A stretch of 64,000 nucleotides of DNA from an uncultured Gammaproteobacteria bacterium (GTDB taxonomy: Bacteria > Patescibacteriota > Patescibacteriia > Patescibacteriales > GWC2-42-12): the NCBI GenBank assembly GCA_964467155.1, contig CAYXNZ010000004.1:533-64532 (forward strand), written 5' to 3'. Made by a program: the position numbers and the translations under genes. Under the pieces are notes generated by a model, which searched no databases, was not told the origin of the DNA, and was given only the letters and a program-made list of their open reading frames with translations. This document shows, in pieces, positions 54,414 through 62,762 of this stretch; position 1 is the first letter of the stretch, and each line of letters opens with the position of its first letter.

Positions 54414-57400
54414 CTATTTTATTGATCCGCTATAAGCTATAGCTCGGACAACGTCCCATGTGGTAGTGCTAACTGGATTGCAACCAAAGATTGTTTTAAA
54501 GGCTTGAATAGCTGTTCTTTCGCTATCTAGGTTCCTGATATCAGGTCTCAAACCATAGGCGACCATTGTTATCGCAGCATTGTCGTTGGCATTATCCATA
54601 TTAGCATCTCTTTGATAGACTTTCTTAAATTCTTCTTTTGCTTTATTTTCAGCTGGCTGGTTTGCTTCAGATGGCCAACGTCCATTGGCAATTTTGATGA
54701 CGTCTTCCCATTCAGTTTGAGTGGTTGGCAGTTTGCCAAAAGATGTTTTGTAGGAGTTCATTACACCGGCTCTCTCACCTGCTCCTAGCTTGGCGGTCGT
54801 TTCCGTACCGTAAACAATAAAGTTAGTCATGGAATAAGCTTGGTTCAGAGTTAAACCAGAATTTTTAACTAACGAAAGAGTATATTTATTGCTACCTGCA
54901 AGTTCATTTGCGATATTTCTAATTCCTTTAATATTATTTAGTATCAAGCTTACGTCCCCTTTATAAGCAAAACCGGCTTCGTTAATAATCTTATCAAGCT
55001 GTGTTGCTCTATAATTCAATTCAACACCGAGAACTTCCACTTGTTCCTCTGGTTTAGTAGGGGTAGTAACAATTTCTTTTATCGGTTCAACACCAAGAAC
55101 TTCCACTTGTTCCTCTGGTTTAGTAGGGGTAGTAACGGTTTCTTTTATCGGTGTAGTCTGCGATTGTTGAGGAAGCGTGACGCCACCAAAAGATGTCGTT
55201 GTTTGTGTATAGGTGGCAAATTTGGTGAAATGCTTTGTCCAAATTACTAGATCCGATCCATTATCAATTTTACAATCTTCTTTAGATCCTGTTAAATAAG
55301 CATCAACGGTCGCTTGATCATCTGCCGTACAAGTATTGGTAATTTCAGTAAATTCAGTCCCTGTTCTTACATATCCTACTCTCTTGCCGGTTTGTCCTGG
55401 GAGTAATAATCTAACCGCTTTATCAAAAGACAATTTAGCGCCGGTAAAACCAACCTCTATAGCTATACTAGAAGTCTTAGTTTGTCCTAAAGTTTTCGGC
55501 AGAGTCACGGTCGTAACAGTAGGCGCCGCAATAATTCCATTCCATGTATCATCCGCGCTAGTGACTTTAGTAGAAGCCGGAATCGCCACAGTGGCGTTAT
55601 TAGCATTAGCTGATGTGATATTGATTTCCGGTAATGTTCCTGTCCCCTCGGAAATAAACAAACTCACGTCAATTTTCGGATTAGTTGTACCGCTACTGAT
55701 TGTAACCGTTGTTGCCTGAGTCTGATTAGTAATTACAACTTGTGGGGCATCATTAGTTACAGTAGCGTTGCCACTATTGTCTGGAACAACCGTACTATTA
55801 GACAAAGTAGTTTTTTCTGTGTTGATAAACCAAGGGTCATAAGTAATATAATCGCTTATTAACTCTCCCGGACCGTTTTCGTCTCCCCAATAATTGTTTT
55901 TCGCATCAAGCTGAACAGCAGACAGATTAACCACGTCACCATTAATCGCTATAGTATTTGCTTTCAATATACCAGTCGCTCCTGATCGAATAATGATAGC
56001 ACTGTGATAAGTGGCAGCATCAGCGACTAAATCATTCTTGTTTACGCTAATACTACCGCCAGTAATGGTCATATCAACGCCGGAGCCAGAACCAATACTC
56101 GCAAAACGAACACCGTATGTATCGTTTTCTGTAGTCTGAGCGATCACGCTGATGTCAGTATTTTCTACCACTAGATTTCCACCACCACCTTGGAGATTAA
56201 TACCACTCTTAACGTTCTTTATAGTGGAATCCCTGACAGTGAGATGGTTGACATAGCCGTTTATAGCGACATACAAACCGTTCTTAAAAATGGAGTTTTC
56301 AATGATTACATTAGAGCAGGAAGTGAAATTCACTCCATTCACAGAAGAGCCTTCCATGAATCTGCCATTTCCGTCAAAAGTACTGTTCTTGACGGTTACA
56401 CCGTTTACATTTTTCAAAAGAAGAAGGGCTGTACCACTGTCAGTATCCGCTAAAAAATTAATATTTTCTATTCGCCAGTTGTCGTCAGCGCCAGGAAGAT
56501 CGATTGAAAGCGTTCCTTGAATCGTCGGAAGAGGATGCCCATCTCCGTCAACAGCTCCCACAAAATTTAGTTGTTTACCAGAGACGGTAGGATTTTCATC
56601 ATAAATTCCAGCAGCGACATAAACAGTTCCCCCCAGCACGACAGCGTCAATGCCAAGAGCTATTGTAGAAAATTTTTCATTAAAATTACCCTTGGCTGGA
56701 TGAGCTGCAATAATACTGCTGTTAGCATCCACAAAAACGTGGCTGCGGTTACCAGCTAAAGCAGCACAAGCCGCGGCATTTTTAACATTATCTGTTGGAT
56801 AGGAGGCATCTACTGTACGGCGATCAAGTATATAAGCGCCATTATTAGAATTTGAAAGCGCAATTACACTTTGCTGATAATCTGGAGCGTAATAAGCCGT
56901 ATTCCAAACAATATCCCATTCATTATGGCTTATTAAACCAGAAACGGTTGAAGTCCAGGAATTGCCGGTCGTAGTGTGGGTATTAGCATCATCCTGGCTT
57001 GAAGTGTAATGCATTATTCCACCTTTAGTATCAAAAATAACATTATCAGTTATAGAAGCGGAATTTCCTGGTCTTACCACAATACCATTCCTAACTCCAT
57101 ATATTGTATTTCCCTTTATCGTTGCAGAACCTGCTTGAAGAGTTATACCTCTAGTGGTCCAAGTTTTCATCTCACCTAATAAAGTTTCATCAGCATATAT
57201 AGTATTGCCAGAAATAGTTACATTAGAAGCATTAATAAGAATCAAAGCTCCACTAGTTTCACTCCCAGTAACAGATCCAGCCTGACTAAAAGGAGCTAAA
57301 CTGGTTGTAATATTAAAATTCTCAATCGTGACATTATCCGCGGTTATGTTAAACACAGGAGTATCTAAGGTAGCGGAAATAATAGTCGCAGACGCATCCG

Positions 57401-58427
57401 TGGTTATCGTTACGCTTTTAGCTACATTAATTGAACTATCAATTTCGTATGTCCCAGCCGCAACATTAATCGTATCTCCTGGACTTGCTGCAGTAACGGC
57501 TTCCTGAATACAATCATGAGTTGTTGATTGAGTTGTATTTTGAACATTGTATTCACGAGTTTTAGTCGAGTCGAGCGTATCATCGATGTACCACGGCGAA
57601 TATTCGACATTCGCGCTGACTTGATCGCCGCCCGAACACGAAGCCGGACCGGTGATCGCGCCCCAGTAATTGTTTGCGGCATTAATGGTTACAGAATCAT
57701 CATTAGTTACACCTGCGCTATTTCCATAAATTTTATTATAATTAATTATAGTTCCAGTTACATCCCCAGCATGTTTCTCTATTCCAGTTCCACAACCAGA
57801 GATATCATTATATTGAACAGATGTCCCTATATTAGTTTCTCTGATGTTTACTCCCGCATATATTGTATTGGAAATTTCATTGTAACTTACAATACTATCA
57901 TCAGCAGAATTATCTAACCATATCCCATCATTCATTGTATTATTACCTGCAATAACATTATTACTTATATTTACCCTTGGACCTCCCCAGTATTGTATGG
58001 CATTCTTGTCCGTAATACTCGAAATATGGTTATAGGAAATTTTGTTATCACTCCCTGTATGATTCATCCACTGAATAGCATGTTGCCCTGTCACAGAAAT
58101 ATAATTATGAGTAATTACAGCATTTGAAGCACCATCACTCGCAATTGCTTCCCACATAGTATTATAGAATGTATTATATTCAACCAAAGCATTATCTGCT
58201 CCTGGATAGATATAAACACCGTGACCGGAATATCCATTAGCAGAAGAACCATCAGGAACGGCACCAGTATTCTGAATTATGTTATTTTTAATAACTACAT
58301 TATTAGCTATATCAGAAATTATTAATCTCCTGCCAGTATTTGCTTCCGAGCTACCAATCATAAATCCATCAATAGTTATATTAGAAGTATACAAAGAATA
58401 CGGAACTTTAAGATCGCTTGTTCTCAC
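54414..58427 (-). CDS. Giant right-handed beta-helix (pectate-lyase/NosD-like repeat) surface protein, main segment; it shares its C-terminal domain with the GH5 protein
   Basis: Recurrent 'N.I..N.I' beta-helix repeats over ~1,000 aa. The track start is a GTG just after a frameshift point. Confidence 0.7.
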   Translation of the reverse strand: MRTSDLKVPYSLYTSNITIDGFMIGSSEANTGRRLIISDIANNVVIKNNIIQNTGAVPDGSSANGYSGHGVYIYPGADNALVEYNTFYNTMWEAIASDGASNAVITHNYISVTGQHAIQWMNHTGSDNKISYNHISSITDKNAIQYWGGPRVNISNNVIAGNNTMNDGIWLDNSADDSIVSYNEISNTIYAGVNIRETNIGTSVQYNDISGCGTGIEKHAGDVTGTIINYNKIYGNSAGVTNDDSVTINAANNYWGAITGPASCSGGDQVSANVEYSPWYIDDTLDSTKTREYNVQNTTQSTTHDCIQEAVTAASPGDTINVAAGTYEIDSSINVAKSVTITTDASATIISATLDTPVFNITADNVTIENFNITTSLAPFSQAGSVTGSETSGALILINASNVTISGNTIYADETLLGEMKTWTTRGITLQAGSATIKGNTIYGVRNGIVVRPGNSASITDNVIFDTKGGIMHYTSSQDDANTHTTTGNSWTSTVSGLISHNEWDIVWNTAYYAPDYQQSVIALSNSNNGAYILDRRTVDASYPTDNVKNAAACAALAGNRSHVFVDANSSIIAAHPAKGNFNEKFSTIALGIDAVVLGGTVYVAAGIYDENPTVSGKQLNFVGAVDGDGHPLPTIQGTLSIDLPGADDNWRIENINFLADTDSGTALLLLKNVNGVTVKNSTFDGNGRFMEGSSVNGVNFTSCSNVIIENSIFKNGLYVAINGYVNHLTVRDSTIKNVKSGINLQGGGGNLVVENTDISVIAQTTENDTYGVRFASIGSGSGVDMTITGGSISVNKNDLVADAATYHSAIIIRSGATGILKANTIAINGDVVNLSAVQLDAKNNYWGDENGPGELISDYITYDPWFINTEKTTLSNSTVVPDNSGNATVTNDAPQVVITNQTQATTVTISSGTTNPKIDVSLFISEGTGTLPEINITSANANNATVAIPASTKVTSADDTWNGIIAAPTVTTVTLPKTLGQTKTSSIAIEVGFTGAKLSFDKAVRLLLPGQTGKRVGYVRTGTEFTEITNTCTADDQATVDAYLTGSKEDCKIDNGSDLVIWTKHFTKFATYTQTTTSFGGVTLPQQSQTTPIKETVTTPTKPEEQVEVLGVEPIKEIVTTPTKPEEQVEVLGVELNYRATQLDKIINEAGFAYKGDVSLILNNIKGIRNIANELAGSNKYTLSLVKNSGLTLNQAYSMTNFIVYGTETTAKLGAGERAGVMNSYKTSFGKLPTTQTEWEDVIKIANGRWPSEANQPAENKAKEEFKKVYQRDANMDNANDNAAITMVAYGLRPDIRNLDSERTAIQAFKTIFGCNPVSTTTWDVVRAIAYSGSIK
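55021..55152. repeat. 66-bp tandem duplication (2 copies, 3 mismatches) encoding PIKE(T/I)VTTPTKPEEQVEVLGVE
   Basis: Direct comparison of 55021-55086 with 55087-55152. Confidence 0.9.
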
Positions 58428-58819
58428 AAGAATTGTTTCCCCCCCTCTCTTGCTTCTGTGCTTCCTGCCGGATCAACCCCTGCTTGAGCGCCAAGCAATG
58501 TGACGCTTTTCGTTATTCTATAACCTACTGGATCACCTAAACTACTATCCCAAATATCATTTGTATAAGTTCCAGCCGCGACATTAACAGTCCCGCCTTC
58601 TGCAACTGCATTTATTGCTGCCTGAATTGTAAGAAAAGGATATTCCTGTGTACCTGAATTTTCATCTAAGCCTGTTTTATCAACATAGATAGAAGAAGGC
58701 GGATCAACTGCTAACGCAGTTCCTGCAAATATTAAAAAACTACTAACGAGAAATATTGCAGACACAAGTAAAATAACTTTTTTACGAGAAGAAAAAATGT
58801 TTTGAAAAGAAATAGTCAT
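58424..58819 (-). CDS. N-terminal segment (signal peptide plus first beta-helix turns) of the same surface protein, separated by a frameshift
   Basis: Signal peptide present. 'YVDKTGLDENSGTQEYPFLTIQAAINAV' is a beta-helix N-cap-like motif. The segment ends at a TGA 15 nt after a G7 run. Confidence 0.65.
   Translation of the reverse strand: MTISFQNIFSSRKKVILLVSAIFLVSSFLIFAGTALAVDPPSSIYVDKTGLDENSGTQEYPFLTIQAAINAVAEGGTVNVAAGTYTNDIWDSSLGDPVGYRITKSVTLLGAQAGVDPAGSTEAREGGKQFL
58439..58445. repeat. C7 (G7 on the coding strand) homopolymer at the frameshift site
   Basis: Counted directly. An eighth G would fuse 58424-58819 and 54414-58427 into one ORF. Confidence 0.9.
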
Positions 58820-59127
58820 ACTATTGTTTTAAAAATGTTTATTATCTTTTGTTATTTGTTATATATTTAAACTAATAATTGTTAATATCTCGATAAACAC
58901 GTAAAAACAAGTTAACAAAAAAACCGCCGGTTATAAACCGCGGTTAGGCAACATTAAAAATAAGGCAAAAATTGTCAAAAACCCCTTGCGAAATATTTCT
59001 TGGAGATAAATTCTCCATAAAATTGTTTTTATGCTTTTAAAAAAGCCTTGTACTTGTATTGAAGTCATACCAAAAATAGCAATACTTGTCAAGGGGTTTA
59101 ATTATTTGTATTTTAAGCTTAAAAAAT

Positions 59128-59160
59128 AACAAAAAAACACCTTGCAATTCTGCAAAGTGT
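59128..59160 (-). terminator. Intrinsic terminator after the Wzy-TPR gene
   Basis: ACACCTTGCA-ATTC-TGCAAAGTGT hairpin with T-runs on both strands. Confidence 0.6.
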
Positions 59161-59182
59161 TTTTTAATTAGTAGACTGTTTT

Positions 59183-61597
59183 TTAGTATAGTCCTGAGAA
59201 CTGTTGTTTGACGGCGTTAATACTTGCTTCATCTTCAAGAATATTCAGTAAAGCATTAACTACTATTTCTATATTTCCAGTTTGTCCTGTTTGTTTATAG
59301 ACTAGAGCTAAACTATATAGAGCATTGGCGTGATTTGGATTTGCTTGAACAATACTCAAGAACATTTGTTCGGCCATGGCTAAATCATCATTTTTATTGG
59401 TCGTACTAGTAACTCCTTTAGCTTCAACACTTAAATCTTCCTCATCACCTTCGCCTTTGGTAATTTCTTCAGAAGCTGTTTGTGATAAACCTGATTGATT
59501 TACACCTCGATTATAATACATTCTGCCGAGTTCAAATCTATAGTCAAGATTATTTTGAGTTGATATTACAGCTTTTTTAAGTTGCTCGATTGCCTCATTA
59601 ATATTAGCTAATGATTCGTAGGCAATTGATTTACCATAATAAGCAGCACCCAGGTTGGCTTTTTTCTCTATGGCTTGATCATATTTTTTTATAGCCTCTT
59701 CAATGTAAAAAGTTTTTTCAGTTTCAGCAGTTTCAGCATTTGCCTTAGCCATGTTAATCAGAGCCAATCTTATATAAGGCACTGGACTATCTGGTTCAAG
59801 TATTATTTGTTTTTCATACAATTTTTCAGCCCATTCTAGAGAACCTCTGACATAAAAAGAAGCATTTTCATAGATTAGAGCCAAAGCTTCAATGTTGGAA
59901 ACTTTGTTTGGCGCCAATTCATTGGCTTTTCTGCCGTGTTCTATAGCCAGAGTAAGAGCATTAGTTATTAATGCTTGATTGTTGCCTTTAGCGGCTTCTC
60001 TATTAGCTAAAGTCATGTAGTTATTTGCTAGATTTAACAGATAAACATCTTGGTAAGGTACTGTCTGCACTGCCTTATTCATAATATTAATCTTTTGTTC
60101 TAATTCAGAAGCAACTAGAGATTTTTTAGCTAAAACATCACCCATATACATTTTCAGACCCATAGTGAACAGAATTACTACTCCAGCACTGACTGTTAAG
60201 AAAATTGCTGCTAGAGCTAAAGCGTATTTGGCAGACGCTCGAAAAGATAAAGTTATTGACTGAAGTCTCTCTGAATATCCAGCAATTGTTATGGCTATGG
60301 TAAAAACAAACAGTAGAATAGAAAAGATAATCAGAGAACTATTTATCGAGAACAAGAAAATTAATATTAAATTAGTTACCAAACTAGCAAATAAGGCAAG
60401 AAGTAATGGTTGAAGATCTTCCTTTCTGTTCTTTATTAGCGTTAAGAAACTAGTTGATATGGTAATAAGAATAATTATGATAAGTGTTAATGCTCCTAAA
60501 ATACCAACAGTTGCTGCTGTCTCAAAAAGATAACCACTAGCATTATCAAATCTGACATTCCACAAAGTTGAATTATTGAAAGATTCTCCTCTGTATTTAG
60601 CAAAACTATAATCAAATGTTGACGGACCAGAGCCAAAAACAGGGTCTTTCATTAAACTATTTTTCGCTATATCCCACGAGGCGTTTCTCGATAAGCTTAC
60701 TTCAGTCGGTAAATTAATTGTCATGATATTAAAATTCCCTAGAACCAACATAATAATTAACAATAGAAAAGAGGTTATAGGAATAATAATATTTGTGTTG
60801 GAAATTTTTATTATTTTTGACAGAAAGAACATTAGAACTATTACCATACCAACAATAGCAGCCGGCCAGAAAGTAAAAGCATTTAACAAAGATAAAATAA
60901 ATAAAATTATCAAACCGATTATACCGAGTAGAAATTTTATCGGCCAAATAACGTAATTACTTTTTAAACCAGGATGTATTTCTTTGATTTGGCTCATAGC
61001 AACAACAATTATCGGCAGAACGGACGTTAAAAATATAGTCAATGATGATATTGAACCGATTGGATTAAAGCTAATTGTTTTGGTAATAGCTAGTGGTAAA
61101 AGAAATATACCGAAGAGTTGGAGTAAGGTATAAACTGATACTAACGATATGGAAGCAATAAATGACCAAAAAATAATTTTCAGTCTTTTAGTAGTAATAT
61201 TGTTTACTACCAGATAATAGAATAATACGAACGATAAAAAAGCAATTAAACCTTTTGGAGAATTGCCATAAGAGCCAAGTAAACTGATTTTTGGATTAAC
61301 TGATAAGATTGTTGAGGTTACATAAAAAATAACCATTCCAACGATTGGCCAATCGAGAGGGGTACGCTTGAAGTTTAATTCGCCGGTGATTACTCCTTTT
61401 GTTACCCAAGCAACAGTACCCAATAGAACCAAAAAATAAAAGAGAATCATTTTTTCAAAGCCAGTATTTTGAGCAACTAGTCCAGTAAAAAACAACGGGC
61501 ATAATAAAAAAATCGCTGAGATTGCGGTTGAAATTAAACCGTCTAATGCTTTTGTTGAAGCCGCTGGCTTCTTTGAAATAATTTTATTTATTTCCAT
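59183..61597 (-). CDS. O-antigen-ligase-like polytopic membrane domain fused to C-terminal TPR repeats
   Basis: About 480 aa of TM helices with 'FGSGPSTF', then TPR-like repeats ('AAYYGKSIAYESL', 'ALYSLALVYKQTG'). Confidence 0.6.
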   Translation of the reverse strand: MEINKIISKKPAASTKALDGLISTAISAIFLLCPLFFTGLVAQNTGFEKMILFYFLVLLGTVAWVTKGVITGELNFKRTPLDWPIVGMVIFYVTSTILSVNPKISLLGSYGNSPKGLIAFLSFVLFYYLVVNNITTKRLKIIFWSFIASISLVSVYTLLQLFGIFLLPLAITKTISFNPIGSISSLTIFLTSVLPIIVVAMSQIKEIHPGLKSNYVIWPIKFLLGIIGLIILFILSLLNAFTFWPAAIVGMVIVLMFFLSKIIKISNTNIIIPITSFLLLIIMLVLGNFNIMTINLPTEVSLSRNASWDIAKNSLMKDPVFGSGPSTFDYSFAKYRGESFNNSTLWNVRFDNASGYLFETAATVGILGALTLIIIILITISTSFLTLIKNRKEDLQPLLLALFASLVTNLILIFLFSINSSLIIFSILLFVFTIAITIAGYSERLQSITLSFRASAKYALALAAIFLTVSAGVVILFTMGLKMYMGDVLAKKSLVASELEQKINIMNKAVQTVPYQDVYLLNLANNYMTLANREAAKGNNQALITNALTLAIEHGRKANELAPNKVSNIEALALIYENASFYVRGSLEWAEKLYEKQIILEPDSPVPYIRLALINMAKANAETAETEKTFYIEEAIKKYDQAIEKKANLGAAYYGKSIAYESLANINEAIEQLKKAVISTQNNLDYRFELGRMYYNRGVNQSGLSQTASEEITKGEGDEEDLSVEAKGVTSTTNKNDDLAMAEQMFLSIVQANPNHANALYSLALVYKQTGQTGNIEIVVNALLNILEDEASINAVKQQFSGLY

Positions 61598-61626
61598 ACT
61601 TTTGTGGTCTTTATTGTTTAAGATAA

Positions 61627-62760
61627 TTATATTAAATTTGATTTAATGTTTCTCTTTAAGATATTCATAAGTATAAGATAAAATTCAAGATTGTTCAAGC
61701 TGGATAATTTTTGTCCTACAGATTCATTTATTCTGAATAAATAATGCAAATAAGCTCTTGAATTATTTTTTAATTCAGATATACTGCTGAATTTATTTAT
61801 TGGATTTAAATCATTTTTGAAAGTTGAATTTTTGATGTTAATTGTTTTGTAAAAATTTTTATTATTTTTTTTAAGATTATTGTGGAAAAATAATTTCCCA
61901 TGTCTACCTTCTCTAGTTGGTATTACGCAATCAAACAAATCCCAACCCATTTTAACACATCTAATTATATCTTCTGGTTGCCCAACGCCTAAAGCAAATC
62001 GAAACTTATCATTAGGGGTAGCTTTGGATGTTTCATCTAAAATAGAATTAAGGAAGTTGCCTTTTGGATCAATTGGTCTGCCACCAAAACCGTAACCGTC
62101 AAAACCAATAGCTAGTAATTTCTTTGCGCAGTATTGTCTCAATTTAGTATCTTCACCACCTTGGACGACACTGATTAATTTTGGTTTTTTTAACTTTGTT
62201 AATTTTCGTTTAATTATTTGTTTATCATATTCTCGTTTACATCTGCTAGCCCAAGCGATAGTTCTGTCGACTGCTTTTGCGGTTTGTTCAATATTGTGAT
62301 TATAGGGCGAACAATCATCAAGACAAATAATCAAATCAGTACCTAAATCAAATTGAATTGAAATTGATTTCTCCGGACTCAGTTTTAAAAGAGAGCCGTC
62401 AATTGGAGATTTAAATTCTGCATGTTTATCTAAAATTTTTCCTAATTTTGGATTCTTATGTATTAAGGAAAAAACTTGGAAGCCTCCACTATCGGATATT
62501 AATGGGCCTGTCCAGTTTATAAAACCATGTATTCCATTGGCTTTTTTAATTATTTTAATACCTGGTTGATTGCAAAGATGAAAGGTATTAACCACCATTG
62601 ATTGTAAGCCTAATTTATCTAAGTCGGAATTATCTAAAGTTTTTATGATCCCTCTGGTGGCATCAGGGAAAAAAGCAGGAGTTTTAATTTTTCCGTGTGG
62701 CGTAGTTATAACGCCAAGACGCGCTGATGATATATTGGATTTTTTTAATATTTCAAACAT
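61627..62760 (-). CDS. tgt: tRNA-guanine transglycosylase homologue lacking the zinc-site cysteines
   Basis: 'GVITTPHGKIKTPAFFPDAT', 'DSGGFQV' and 'DCVIPTR' match Tgt. The C-terminus 'FSSISELKNNSRAYLHYL' occupies the place of the usual CxCxxC..SRAY..H motif. Confidence 0.8.
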   Translation of the reverse strand: MFEILKKSNISSARLGVITTPHGKIKTPAFFPDATRGIIKTLDNSDLDKLGLQSMVVNTFHLCNQPGIKIIKKANGIHGFINWTGPLISDSGGFQVFSLIHKNPKLGKILDKHAEFKSPIDGSLLKLSPEKSISIQFDLGTDLIICLDDCSPYNHNIEQTAKAVDRTIAWASRCKREYDKQIIKRKLTKLKKPKLISVVQGGEDTKLRQYCAKKLLAIGFDGYGFGGRPIDPKGNFLNSILDETSKATPNDKFRFALGVGQPEDIIRCVKMGWDLFDCVIPTREGRHGKLFFHNNLKKNNKNFYKTINIKNSTFKNDLNPINKFSSISELKNNSRAYLHYLFRINESVGQKLSSLNNLEFYLILMNILKRNIKSNLI

Positions 62761-62762
62761 AG

